A stretch of DNA of 63,188 nucleotides, filler included, from Octopus bimaculoides (GCF_001194135.2; 3 parts of 3 records of this genome joined end to end with filler, not necessarily neighbours in it), one strand, 5' to 3'. Counted from the whole stretch's first letter, positions 37,125 to 50,005 are shown. Numbers and translations: made by a program. Notes: generated by a model not told the origin, from the letters alone.

Positions 37125-39640
37125 CGCGTCTCCCTTTCTTTGTCACACGAGTTTAAACGTGGTTGGTATTTTATTATGAAGAACAACATTTGTTTGTTGT
37201 TAAGTTGTATTATTACCAAATTTATTGAGAGGAAAATCGTGAAGTTTGGTTGTTTCTTGCCTGTATATGTTTGTATGTCCACTGAGTCCTATTTGTCTCT
37301 GTTGTATTTTAATTTACGATCTGTGCAGAGTCATGTATTGCTGCAAAGCACTTTTTGTTTGTCCTATGTAATGTTCCCCATATCCTGAGTATGCAATTGC
37401 ATAGATCAGGTTTTTAGATGCGCAAATGAAACTATGTTGTTTTGGGAAGAGTTATCCTTGTTTGAAACTAACGTCTGATATTTCTATCAGATGAAAACAT
37501 ATACATTTACCACACCTGGGTCTTCTACATTATTTTATTGTTGGGTTCGTTGTTATCGTGTGAAGTGTGACCTTTGTTAATATTCTTTTCATTGATTTGT
37601 GTTATCTTTTATCCTTCATGAGGCAGAAGTTTGGAGGATATGGTTCAGCCGGAAGTCCTTTTTTTAGGTCTGTTTTGGAATAGGTGCAGGTCTCATTGTT
37701 ATGGGGATTGTAGGTGGAGATGTATGGTAGAACCCTCAATATCGATTTGTTTATTTTGTTTGTCTAAGTTCCAGTATACTGAATTTCTGGGCTCGTTGAA
37801 TTCTCTTATCGATTAAGGATGGTGGGTAATTCCTATCAAAGAGTGTATCCTTCAGTTCTTGGAGTCCTATGGACGGATGTTTGTACCGGATACTATAGTA
37901 CAGATCCTTTTGGCTAGGTTATAAGGGGCATTCATTCTGGTATGTCTCGGGTGACATGCATTGAATGGATGATATTGTTTGAAGTCCGTGGCTGGTTTAT
38001 AGTAAATATCCGTCTCTATTTAGTTGTTCACTCTCTTTATAAGGATGTCTAAAAATGAGTGTCGCTTATGGCTATATTCCACGAGGAACTGAATATTTTC
38101 ATTAATTCCATTGAGGAATGTTTCAAATTCATTTAGTTTCTCTATGTTTTCATCCCATAGAAGCAATCATCGAGGTGTCTTTTCCAGTTTTCTTATTTAT
38201 TGGCACTCCGTTAGGGCTCAAGATGATCCGATCAACGGAACAGCCTGCTCGTGAAATTAACGTGAAAGAGGCTGAGCACTCCTCAGACACGCATACCCTT
38301 AACGTAGTTCTCGGGAAGGTTTAACGTGACACAGAATGAGACAAGGCTGGCCCTCTAGATTACAAGTATAACTCATTTTTGCCAGCTGAGCAACGTGATA
38401 GTGTCTCGCACAAGGACACAACGCACCATCGGTCTTCGAACTCACGACCTTACTTACCATCGTGAAACGAATACTCTAACCACTAAACCACGTGGTTTAA
38501 TATGTATTGGGAAAAGAGTTCCCATATTTTCCTGAAGTATTTTGATATAACATAATTTCCATTTAGCCCATAACTAGATTAGCAAATGAGGGGCTCATCG
38601 CAGTCCCAGATTTTCGTTGAAAAAATTCTCATTGAACATAAAGTGATTGTTTCTAGAATAAATTTTACTCCTATTATAAATTCTTTTGTTTTTATGCGAT
38701 AAGGGAATTCACCTATATAATTATCCGATTAGAATTTAAAGGCCTCAATTTCTAAGTCGTAGGTGACGTTTGACTAGAGATTCACAACATCGACATATAC
38801 TATCAAAGATTTTTCGTTCACTGTTTTCGAGAGATTGTTTAGAACATTTAGGTCATCTTTTACGAAGCTTCTGGTGTGCTTGAGAAATGACTTAAGCAGG
38901 ATATCAAAAAAATATTACTCAGGGTGTGGGTTTTATGTGATGGACAAGCTATTATCGGTCTTAACCTCGGATCATTTGGTAAAAGAACATTGATGTATAT
39001 GCCAGTGGCTCCTTTGCATACTTTACTATTTTATCACTTTGTGAACTTTTGGTATGCCATACAAGAGGCTAGATTTACATCTGAAGTTGGTAATATAGTC
39101 ATTTCATAGTCAGCAAGTCCTTGTTGGTATGCGTTTATTAAATTCTAAAGTTTCTCATTACTTTTTGTTGACTGTAGTCTGACGCCTTTTCATAGTATGC
39201 ATCGCCTTCTGATATGGATAACACAAGGTTTTTACAATATCCTGTGTCCATCAAGACTGCCGCATTTCCTTTGTTGGCATCTTTAAATGTTAATTCTTTA
39301 TCATTTTTTAAAATTTTGTTTACGTTTTCCCATTTAGTCCTGATGAAGCTTAGTTTCTGCTTTTGTTCATATATGTAATTCAAAATATATTCACAGAAAT
39401 TGCCTAGGGTTTTGTTCTTACCTCTTGGCGGGGTATAGTATTTAGTGTTTCTTATTCTCGATTCGTCATCGTTGTTTCTGTGGTACTGTTCTTCACTGAT
39501 TCTTAATTTCTTCCAGAATTCAGAAATGTAGTCTTTCATTTCGTTGTAGTTGTACTGTTGAGCGGGAGTTGGTGTGATTTGAGTCCTCTGGAGTGTACAC
39601 TTATTTGTTGTGTTATTAAATTAATGATTTTGATAAATTA
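37125..39640 (-). mobile_element. Penelope-like element, near-full-length RT + GIY-YIG pseudogene, interrupted by a SINE
   Basis: RGLK..PTP N-terminal motif, KDANKGNAAVLMDT (DKG motif), LLYGIPKVHK, RLRPIIACPS, SGTAMSPSFANLVMG, WKRHLDDCF, TDIYYKP, CASKNLIYAI...EHYIGQTK, KYQPRLN. Confidence 0.9.
38197..38496 (-). mobile_element. SINE with head type D and the family B 3' tail, inserted in the PLE RT
   Basis: Head ccacgtggtttagtggttagagt...gcgttgtgtccttgtgcgagacac; tail cccgagaactacgttaagggt...aatttcacgagcaggctgttccgttgatcggatca nearly identical to family B; interrupts the FSQYI/KENWKRHLDD peptide. Confidence 0.82.
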
Positions 39641-39684
39641 GTGATTTTAATTATTTTTGGCTTTTTTGTATGTATAATGTCAAC

Positions 39685-39731
39685 GAGTGGAGGCGCAATG
39701 GCCCAGTGGTTAGGGCAGCGGACTCGCGGTC
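39685..39731 (+). mobile_element. SINE family B head running into an N gap
   Basis: ggaggcgcaatggcccagtggttagggcagcggactcgcggtc. Confidence 0.85.
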
Positions 39732-40044
39732 NNNNNNNNNNNNNNNNNNNNNNNNNNNNNNNNNNNNNNNNNNNNTTAATTAATTAANNNNNNNNNNNNN
39801 NNNNNNNNNNNNNNNNNNNNNNNNNNNNNNNTGGAGTCGATTTGTTCGACTAAAGGCGGTGCTCTAGCATGGCCGCAGTCAAATGACTGAAACAAGTAAA
39901 AGAATAATGTTGGTTCTATTTTTAGTGTAAAGGTTTGATCGATATTATCGATTCCTCTACTTGACTGGTACTTATTTTCTCAATCCCGAAAGGATGAAAG
40001 ACAAGTCAAAACGGTGGAACAATAACAATAATAATAGCAAGAAG

Positions 40045-40077
<33 letters not shown>

Positions 40078-41094
40078 AAGAAGCATGATTTCTAAAATAA
40101 AAAGTGGTCATGCGTTTTGAGAGAATCAGTATTGGTGCATAACTCGAACTTATTTTATGAACCTTGAAAAAAAAAAGGAAATCAGGAATAGCCTGTGTGT
40201 GATACGAACTAAAAGCTTTGAAGGACAAAATATCCTAATGCAATCACTTTTAAAATTATTTCAGGCTCAATCCTAAAACTCGTTTTTTATCAAAATAATT
40301 TGTAATGCAAGGTTTCCCATTTCCATCTTCGTAAACATTTGAAAAAATAAATAGCATTATTTTAAAAAATTATTTTCTATGTTTAATCTACAAGACGCCT
40401 CAAGAAAATATTGTTACATAAGGATTTATGAAGTAAGATCGTTCATATCTTATATTTACATCTCGAAAAAAATTTAAGAAATTTATAGAAAATTTTACCT
40501 TCAAATTTCCAGTCTTCAATAGCGAATATATTTACATAAAAATTTCACCAAGTATTATTGCCAGTATATTGCGGAGGCTGCTAACGAGAATCTTAATAGC
40601 CAAATTTGACAGCATCAATGTATAACCATATATGATAAGTAAAATAGACGAAATAAAGGACATTTTATTATGAGATAGACCTTGTCTTCATAATGTACAA
40701 GGAGAACGGTCGATTAAATTCAATGGTCGATCTCACACTATTGACGATGAAAAGTGCCACTGGTTTAATTTGTAAGTGAATTTTCCACATTCTGCGCTTG
40801 TTTTGCTCATATACAATTAACATTTCCGAGTTGTCACCCTTCTATCTTGACTAGACTGAATTATCTTTAGTTACTAAATCTATAGCTCTCCACTCGCCAA
40901 GGCAATTTTCTCCCATCATGATTATAATACATACAAAGTGTTTCACGATAAACTGAAACTTTCTTCTTAGTTGGAGAAGAAAACGAAGAAAGACGAAACA
41001 GAAACCAGGCATCAATTGTTAATGATTCTCATCTGAAGTCACTTTATATGTTTAGAAAAATAATAGCACGATCTTTGTTAGCTGGCAAAGAACA

Positions 41095-41136
41095 ACCACG
41101 GACATGTTTCGGGCTACTTGACCTCATCAGCATAAT
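41095..41136 (-). ncRNA. Minimal type-I hammerhead ribozyme motif with canonical core
   Basis: Minus strand ATTATG-CTGATGA-GG(TCAAGTAGC)CC-GAAAC-AT-GTC-CGTGGT; stem I has 6 bp including 3 G-U; stem III palindrome ACATGT; GUC cleavage triplet. Confidence 0.7.
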
Positions 41137-41882
41137 GCAATCTGCTCACACCTGCAGATCGATGGAGAAATGTTAACTTAGAAAGAAGATACGTATATTT
41201 TTGGCGAGAATAATTTGCATAATTGAAAATAGAGCCAAGGGAAATTACTTTAAAGGCATCACGAAGTTGTATAATTAAGGTAAATGCTAATTAACTATAT
41301 GCTGTATGTAAAAATGCTTTGTTAACCATCCCTGATAGTAGCAATATTTTAATTAATTAAGAATATTTTGCCAACAGCATCCAGTTTTGAGGTTTGATTT
41401 TCTGGTTAATTGATAAATTTCAATCTTAAGAGAGAGAATATTAATATATCGGTAATAATTTATAATGGATTCACATTTCAACTAAATAATGAAAATAATG
41501 TTTCAAGATATATATATATATATACTTTCTTCGTTGATATTATTGATAATTTAGGAGAAATATATGAATCTGACGCAATCCCGGGCTTTCTATTATATGC
41601 GTAATATGACTTTGTGAATAAATATGAAACCAATATTTAATAAAATTTTTGAAATGAATATTAGAAAATATTAGTAGATAAACAAAGGTCTTTACATGCC
41701 AATATGAAGGGACAGAAAAAGTAAAATAAAGGTTAATGTTCGCAGTTTTAAGGCCTATCATGAAAAAGGATATATTTTCATATTTTGAAGGCTCATTTAT
41801 ATTAAACAATTACGAATCAAGTCTGCTAAGTTCCACACTGCAACGAAATTTAATTTTTGTTTGTTTGTTTTGTCTTTGATGA

Positions 41883-42340
41883 GTAAGTGTTATTTTATAT
41901 TTGTTTCTAACTAGAAATCTAAGGAAATCACTACTATTCCCTTCAAACTTTACCTTTGTCACCTGGACATCAACGTTTTGAAACTGACCTATTTTCCATA
42001 TTTCAGACATACAGCGCTGCGTTACTGAAGTAGTAATATCTTTATAGCAAATATTCTGTTCAATATTACAGATTTGCTTGTCAGTTGCTTGACTTTAACC
42101 AGTTGAAGATGTCCCTTAGTGGCTGACAATATGTACATCTCTTATCATGAGCAGGAGTATCAGGGGAGCATCATAGCCATGTGCTGAGAAGGATTCTTTG
42201 GGGTTTGCATGAATGTAACAAAAGCAAAGTTTGAAGGAAATATTAGCCATTTTCCATATTTTCTAGGGGTAAGCAAATAGGAAATAACAGTTGCTACCCA
42301 AGGACAAAAATCGTGTTACACAGTGTAATTCATTTTAGTG
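41883..42340. mobile_element. Putative MITE with degenerate 50-90 bp inverted ends
   Basis: ctagaaatctaaggaaatcactactattcccttcaaactttacctttgtcac (~41910) versus reverse complement of gtaacaaaagcaaagtttgaaggaaatattagccattttccatattttctag (~42215-42266). Confidence 0.55.
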
Positions 42341-43559
42341 TTATGTAGCTTGGGCTACAGTCAGACGGAGACCCTTCATCTCCAGATTGCAAGAAATATT
42401 TGAACAAAACACTGTATATTTTACAGGTACACAACATCATTATGCCTATTTTACAATCAGGTAAAATGCATGGTTGATAGTGAATTTGTGGCTGATTCAT
42501 TAATTAAATAAAAAATAATAGAAAAAATATGATAGAAAGAAAAGTATAAACAATTTTTTTTTCTGCGCCATCTGTGTTTAATGTGATTGGTTGCGCAGGT
42601 TGCGAGAGAAACGGAAGTAGAAATGTTGTATGCACTATCAACCTCTGGGAACATCAAATACACAAATGTACAACTAGAAATAGCGAAAAATTTTCACGCA
42701 CTCTCTCTTCTTCCTTTTCCCGTCTCTTTTTTTTCCTTTGTTTGTTTGTTTGTTTGTTTGTTTGTTTCTTTCTTTCACTCTATCTCCATCTCACATCCTC
42801 ACATACTCTATATTCCAGCCCCTCACTCTCTCACGTTAAACCAGTTTCTCAGTCTCTCTTTTTCCACTATTGCATTAATTTGGTCACTCACTCCAGGCAA
42901 TTCACTCAGTTTTTCTTTTCTTTTCTTTTTGGTTGCGTGTTGGTAAAATTGATTGATTGAAGTTCTGCCTCGTTTCAAACCCTAAGGCCGCAATCTAAAC
43001 TTGGCTTCTTTAAGGATACCACTTCTAACTCTTACTCTCTCGTTTTCTCTATCTCTTTTCCGTCCCCTGTTTTCCTCTCCCTACTATCCATCTATCCTCT
43101 CTTTCCTCTGTATTTGCATGTCTCTCCTCTATTTCTTACTTCTCCACTCACTCTCTGTTCAAATATTATTTCTTAGTTCCTATCGCTCTCGTTCTCTTTC
43201 TATTTACTTTTTCTACGTTGTCCTTCTGATAGTCTTGCGAACCTTCAATCTACTCTTACTAAGAAAGGAAAGGTGTTGCTTCTATAACAGCAATGAAGGC
43301 ATCTTTTCTTTGCAACTTGATTCCTGAGAAGTGTCTCTTCATTGTCAATAGCACACAAAACAAAACCGCCGCATTTCATTAATGGTCGAGAATTCAATCA
43401 TGCATGAACAGAAAACTTTAAAATAAACACTCTACAATGGGATCATATCAAACTTATCTCTTTCAGTTGCACAAGGACACAATTACATTCACATATCTAG
43501 GACATATTTACTTATGCACCCCACCTTTTCGTAATCATTGACAATACATAAAATCATTG

Positions 43560-44530
43560 AAATGTTAAATCTCACAATCACTGCCCTTCCTAGCAGTCTC
43601 ACATTTATAAAACACTGTATATACACAGCCTCCAAAGACTAACATTCCTGTCAAGAGCTAGAAACTATTTCAGCCACCATCCAGTGAGGTAGTTGGAGAA
43701 AGTGGGTCCGACATGGGCAACGCTTTTATGAAGGTGTAACTTTTGGGTTGTGGAGGCGCGTGGCTTAGTGGTTAGGGTAGTAGACGCATGATCATAAGGC
43801 TGGTTTCGATTCCTGGACCGGGCGATGCGTTGGGCTCTTGAGCAAGACACTTCATTTCATGTTGCTCCAGTCCACGCAGCTGATAAAAATGAGTAACCCT
43901 GCGATGTGCCAGCGCCCGTCCAGGTGCGGAATATATACATCATGAAACGGGAAACCGACCCTTATGAGTCAGCATGAATCGAGAAGGTAACTTTACCTTA
44001 TTTTAACTTTTTGGGTCTACTGCATGAACTTGTATGTGTGAGAAGCGGCAATATCAAAGCTCAACCCTGAGCAGCACACTCTTCGTTACATCACTGCATC
44101 CATTAACTAAATTTCTATAAAAATCTAGTGAGCCAGTACTGCTCATGCATCTGTTGCTGCTGCTATAAATATTCGCGACCGCTCACCGCCAAATAGCCCA
44201 GATAGATTGATTGGTATGAAGTCATTCACCAACACATTTCAGCCTCTGATCCACAGGAATACCATCTCCTTATTTTTACCTTTTCTACTGCTATTATAGA
44301 CATCTCTGCTTCTCAGGCCTAGCTAGTATCGCGGCATCTCTACTGTGGATCTCTTGAATCACTAATATCTCCATTTTTTCCTCACTCAGGCCCTACACTG
44401 ACACCTAACTCCAGTTTTTCCTCTGTGAAATGTCATCCCACTGGAAAACCTTCCCTGCCATGGATTTTTTAATTTTTTATGTGAACTTTCAGTTGTTCAA
44501 GAAATCAACTTCTCCAGGGCAAACCATTAC
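43560..44530 (+). mobile_element. Highly degraded CR1/Jockey-like LINE 3' region, interrupted by a SINE
   Basis: Remnant peptides ASK...FLSRARNYF (cf. ASKKLGxLxRARxYFS), QPLIHR, HWKTFPA...VNFQLFKKS (cf. LWNSLP...NLQLFK). Confidence 0.5.
43750..44005 (+). mobile_element. SINE with head type D and a distinct 3' tail
   Basis: ggaggcgcgtggcttagtggttagggt...gtttcgattcc...cttgagcaagacacttcatttcatgttgctccagtccac...gagaaggtaactttacctt. Confidence 0.8.
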
Positions 44531-45049
44531 AATTTGGCTCTTCTCGAAGATAAATACATTGTATTATGATTTTTCTACTTTGTTGTCAAATAAACACATA
44601 CAAAAAATCTGAAATCCCCCTTTTCTGCTTGTACCAATACCATGTACACTGTCAACAAAAGCTGTCACGAGAGCCCTTGTATGGTCACACGAAATAGCAG
44701 CCGAATTTCCATCTAATAACACCCATCATCTTAAAAAAACGAAGTGCACGTGGAATAATAGATTCAGAAGTATTATGTCTGAGAAGTAAAACGGGATGAT
44801 CGCATGTTGTCTGTTCGATTTGAGTTGAGCTGAAGCGGAACAAGAATGAAATTATTTCAACCACAGAGATGAGCAAACCAGCCAGCATGTCTTCAAAAAT
44901 GCAACCATACAGAGATGACCAATCTAGACAGTAGCTCATCTACACTTCTCTAACAACGCACTCCAAAGCAAGCTTATACCCTCACCAATTCTGCAGTCCC
45001 TCTTCCCCCCCCCCATATCCTTCTCTCTATAGAAATCTATCTGAACCTA

Positions 45050-45800
45050 AAGGAACATTAAATGGTATTTTCTTCTTCCCAGAGAGTAACTTACCTTTCT
45101 TATCATGTCAATTACTGCCCTTTCACTCTAACTTCAGTGGAGGCGCAGTGGCCCAGTGGTTAGGGCAGCGGACTTGCGGTCATAGGATCACGGTTTCGAT
45201 TCCCAGACCGGGCGTTGTGAGTGTTTATTGAATGAAAACACCTAAAGCTCCACGAGGCTCCGGCAGGGTATGTTGGTGAACCCTGCTGTACTCTTTCACC
45301 ACAACTTTCTCTCACTCTTACTTCCTGTTTCTGTTGTGACTATAATTCAAAGGGTCAGCCTTGTCACACTGTGTCACGCTGAATATCCCGAGAACTACGT
45401 TAAGGGTACACGTGTCTGTGGAGTGCTCAGCCACTTGCACTTTAATTTCACGAGCAGGCTGTTCTGTTGATCGGATCAATTGGAACCCTCGACGTCGTAA
45501 GCGACGGAGTGCCAACAACAACTTCACAGAGCTAGAATTTTATGAAACCCAATCTCGTAGAGACTTCCCCTCCTCCATCAACCGGCAGTAGTTTCTTGTT
45601 CATTAGCAGCACACCCGAAATCAATACCATTGCTTTAAATGCAGGTAAAACTTTCAATAGAGTATAACACAAAAACATTGTAGCTAAGCTGGCTCCTAAT
45701 AGACATAATCGCTTTATTATCTTTTGAGTCATAAATTTCCAGTCAGAATTGTGCTGATTCACATTTTATCCATTCAGCAATACTCCAAGGTCAGCCAGGC
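45050..45800 (+). mobile_element. Highly degraded CR1-like RT fragment, interrupted by SINE B
   Basis: NYCPFTLTS (cf. NYRPISLTS) and IALNAGKTFNRV*HKNIVAKL (cf. ALDISKAFDRVWH..LLAKL). Confidence 0.55.
45137..45519 (+). mobile_element. SINE family B, full length, with 7-bp target-site duplication
   Basis: A/B-box-like head, tail ...gcgacggagtgccaacaaca; AACTTCA at 45130-45136 and 45520-45526. Confidence 0.92.
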
Positions 45801-46261
45801 ACTTAAGAAAGTACTTACTTTTAATGATTTCTTAAGTACCGATAGATTATGAAGAGGAAATATTTCAAATATGATCAGCTGCGGATCTTAAAGCTGGAGC
45901 AAGGCCCACATTGAAATAACTGCTCACATATATCTAATGGTATTGCATCTACTCACATACATACACAAGATCACATCATCTAAGTGAAATGCATTTAGTT
46001 CGTTGACGAATTTACAGTTAAGAACATGCTTCAACTAATATCAAACAGGTTAGGGTTGGGGTTAGGGTCCTCTTGTCTACCGCTAGACAGGAACACAACG
46101 GTCTTTCTTCCTGTGAACTAATATTCTTCGCAGTAAATCTATCGTTTACTTATGTACCTCCTTGTACAACTTCTTTCATCATCCTTCCACTAACGGTCCT
46201 TTTCTCCAATCTCTACATCCTAGAGCTGCAACCCTCTCAAACTTTCAGATGAACTACTAAT

Positions 46262-46705
46262 GCCTCGTTTGCTATACCACCACCACCACCACCACCTCTT
46301 CTTCCTTTTCTTCTTCCTCTTCTCCTCCTCTTCTTATCCTCTTCCTTCCCTTCCTCCCCGTCCTTTTTCTCCCCTTCCCTTCTTATTCGTTCCCTCCTCC
46401 TCTCCTCTCTTTCTTACCCTTCCTCTTCCCCCTCTCGTCTTCCTTTTCCTCTCCTCCTCTTCCTATTTCTTCCACTTCCTCCCCTTCCTCTTCTTCCCCT
46501 AGTCTTCTGCTTCCTCTCCTTCCTCTTCCTTCCCTTTTCCCACCCCGTCTCTTCCTTCCCTCCTCTTCCACCTCCTTCTATTCCCCTTCTTCCTTCTTCT
46601 GTTCTTCATCTTCCTTCTATTCCCCCCCTTCCTGTCTCCTCTTCTGTCTCCTCTTGCTCCTGTTCTTTCTCTTCTTTTTATTCGTCCTCCTCCTCCTGCC
46701 ACTAA
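46262..46705. repeat. CT-rich low-complexity tract ((CTT)/(CCT) mosaic)
   Basis: Direct reading. Confidence 0.9.
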
Positions 46706-47687
46706 TTAATATTGATATAACACAGCACCAATATTTAAACAAAATTTCATCGATCAACACAAACTTCAATAAATTCTGTGTGAAATTCAATTAAGAGAAA
46801 TTAATACAAACAATAGAGAAATATTTGAAATAAAATGATAGTCTTATTGTTTGCTCGCTTGTATGACTAAAGTTGAACTTTACACTTCAATAAGCTCCAA
46901 AATATTGACTGTTTTTGTTTCAATAGGTGTGATATATACGACATGAAGAACACACTATACTATACTAGTATACTATTCCATTCGTTAAACGATTTCATGT
47001 ATGTATGTGCATTGTTTTTTATTCTTCATTTTCGTACATGTAGTTAATGATGGTCTATGTTTTTTTTATGGTTTGAAACGGCATCTGGCTTGTATAATCC
47101 ATTTTTAATCGAATATTTAAGAGGAAGGGCAGTATCTGTGAGTATGACCTATGGAAGGAAGATTTGACCCAGATACTTGCAACAGAGTGCACTCTCCTAA
47201 AGGTACTTAGGACTTTTACAATTGTACAAGTTTTTAATACATAAAATCTATTTAATCATTTAAAAAATCTATTTCTATACACAAAATAATGTAAATACGT
47301 ATAATAATTAAGACCTCTTATTTTTCTATTATTCACACACAGTTTTACGTATTTGATAAACAAAGTATCATTTATTCTACATATCCGGAGATAATTCTAG
47401 TTCAATTACAAGCTCAGAGCACAATATTTAATTGGTGGTATTAAACAGGTTGAAGGTTTAAGTCAACTACTCAAGTGGGTCACCGCAGGATTTGAGCTCA
47501 GAATGCAAAGAGCCAGAAGAAGGTTTTTCTATTCGATGCTGTAACGATTCCGCCATTCCACCGCCTTATACTGCAACTTAACTCCGGAATGTTGAAAAGC
47601 AGAATTGATCTACAGTAAGACATTTCGTCCGATGGTAGAGTGTTCGCTACACTGAAGAACTTCTGCACAATATTTTAATAGAGAAAC

Positions 47688-47880
47688 GCTGAGATGGCAG
47701 AATCGTTACCGCAACGGATAAAATACTTATCGGCATTTCGGCCGTTCAAATGCCACCGAGATCGATTATGCCTTTCATCCTTTCAGGAATCGATAAAATA
47801 AGTATCAATCGAGAAGTGGGGTCCATGTAATCGACTTCTTCCTCCCCTCAGAATTACCGACCCAGTCCCAAAATTAGAAA
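47688..47880 (+). mobile_element. SINE family A (internally deleted)
   Basis: gctgagatggcagaatcgttac...gcctttcatcctttcagg...cccaaaattagaaa. Confidence 0.75.
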
Positions 47881-48274
47881 GAAATTTTCAACGGAAGGTT
47901 TGGACGCTGTACTGTAAAAACCTAATTGAAATGATTTTACTTGGATTAGATTAGAAGTTTTTTCGAACGCTATCAGTACAAGGAGAATAGACGAAAAAGT
48001 AATTGATTTCCTAATTAGTTCAATACCAATAAGTTCATGCTGATATCATCATTTAATTACTTGATTAATTAGAAGGATGGAGAGGTAATATTTTGCAGCC
48101 ACTAATTTGAATGATACATTTCCATCTCTTTTTTTTCTTACTTGCAAAATACAACCGTTTAACAAAGTTATGATACAACTCCTATATGAGATTAAACAAA
48201 AGCAAATGTAAGGACTAAGTCCACTTTATTCATGATCAGAAACAAATCTTTATTTCTGTAGATATTTTATAAGG

Positions 48275-48810
<536 letters not shown>

Positions 48811-48938
48811 TAGAATAAAGGGATGCAAATCTATACCTGAAACTGAATGAAATTCTATAATCGTATATGAAAGGATTCGGAGTTATGATGTACTCAGCTA
48901 GCCAGGGTTATAATGCTATGATATTGTTGACTAGGCTG

Positions 48939-48979
48939 TTTCACTGATGAGGTTTGATGACACCGAAACATGTCTGAAG
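48939..48979 (+). ncRNA. Minimal type-I hammerhead ribozyme motif with canonical core
   Basis: TTTCA-CTGATGA-GGT(TTGATGAC)ACC-GAAAC-AT-GTC-TGAAG; stem I TTTCA/TGAAG, stem II GGT/ACC, stem III palindrome ACATGT; predicted cut after C48974. Confidence 0.8.
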
Positions 48980-49021
48980 TTCTCCCCTTACTGCCAAAAA
49001 GCAAATTCATACCCTACCACA

Positions 49022-49430
49022 TTCCATTCATCCGTCCGTACGACCGCCCGTCCGTCCGTCCGTCCGTCCATCCATACATCTTCTCTGCCTACTATTCTTG
49101 GGAGTCGTTGGGGTAGAGGCTGCTAGCACCTCCTCCAAAGGGTCCTGTCAGAAGCAACCGTCATAAGATTTTCCGGCTGAATTCCTAAATGCGACCAACT
49201 GAGTCTATGGATATTATACAACCATTTTATTCTTTGTCTACGCTAGGTCTAGTGCCTGTTGGCTTGGCTTGAAGTATCCATTTTGCGAGTCTTTCCTGTG
49301 GCATTCTTATCACGTCCATAACACTGGAGCTTTGACCTCCCAATGCGGAGAAGTAGCGGCTCGACTTATTTTCAGTTAAATTCAATTTCCGGTAGTTGTC
49401 TCCCTTTGCATTTCTTGACGAGAACAAGTC
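49022..49430 (-). mobile_element. RTE-clade LINE 3' end with (TGGA/CGGA)n tail
   Basis: DVIRMPQERLAKWILQAKPTG.RP (RTE C-terminal GHVxRM...GxRPRGRP region); tetranucleotide tail at 49022-49074. Confidence 0.75.
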
Positions 49431-49689
49431 GTTAAAATAATTATGAGTTCTTCCCGCTGTGAGTTAGTTTTTGTTAAAAATTATGCATCAAATAATGCTT
49501 GCGTAGAAAGGAGTTTGTTTCGAAACCACAGAGTTTCAGGCATCTTGTGAAAGTGACTCCTACAATATCTCCGAGCCGTCTGCGCGGGTCTGGTAGACGA
49601 AAAGTGAAAACAGCACGTCATATATATAGTAATAATAAGTAATAATAATAATAAATGCCAACACGAATTCTTGTGTGTCAGTGTGTCAC

Positions 49690-50005
49690 ACTTTGACCCC
49701 CTCTCTCACTTCTACTGTTTCTCCTGCTGGGGTAAGAATAACAGTAGGCATAGAGACAGTGAGGGCGGTAACGGTTGCGATGGTAATGGGGTGATAGTAA
49801 TAGTATGAGCTGTAATTCTGATAGAGGCGGAGGCGACGGTGGTGGTGGTAGTGATAGCCGAGGCAGTCAGGGATGACGGTGATAGTAAGCGATGTGAAAG
49901 ACAGTGATGATGATGGTGGAGGGGAGGGCGGTGAAGTCAAAGGTGAGTGGCGTCAGAAGTCTGAATGGTATCTGTATGACAGTTGTGGTGGCGATGATGG
50001 TGGTA
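49690..50005. repeat. GT-rich degenerate trinucleotide tract (GTG/GAT/GTA)
   Basis: Direct reading. Confidence 0.8.

Noticed and set aside
39776-39787. Second TTAATTAATTAA inside an N run
   Set aside because: Same assembly linker as at 17921.
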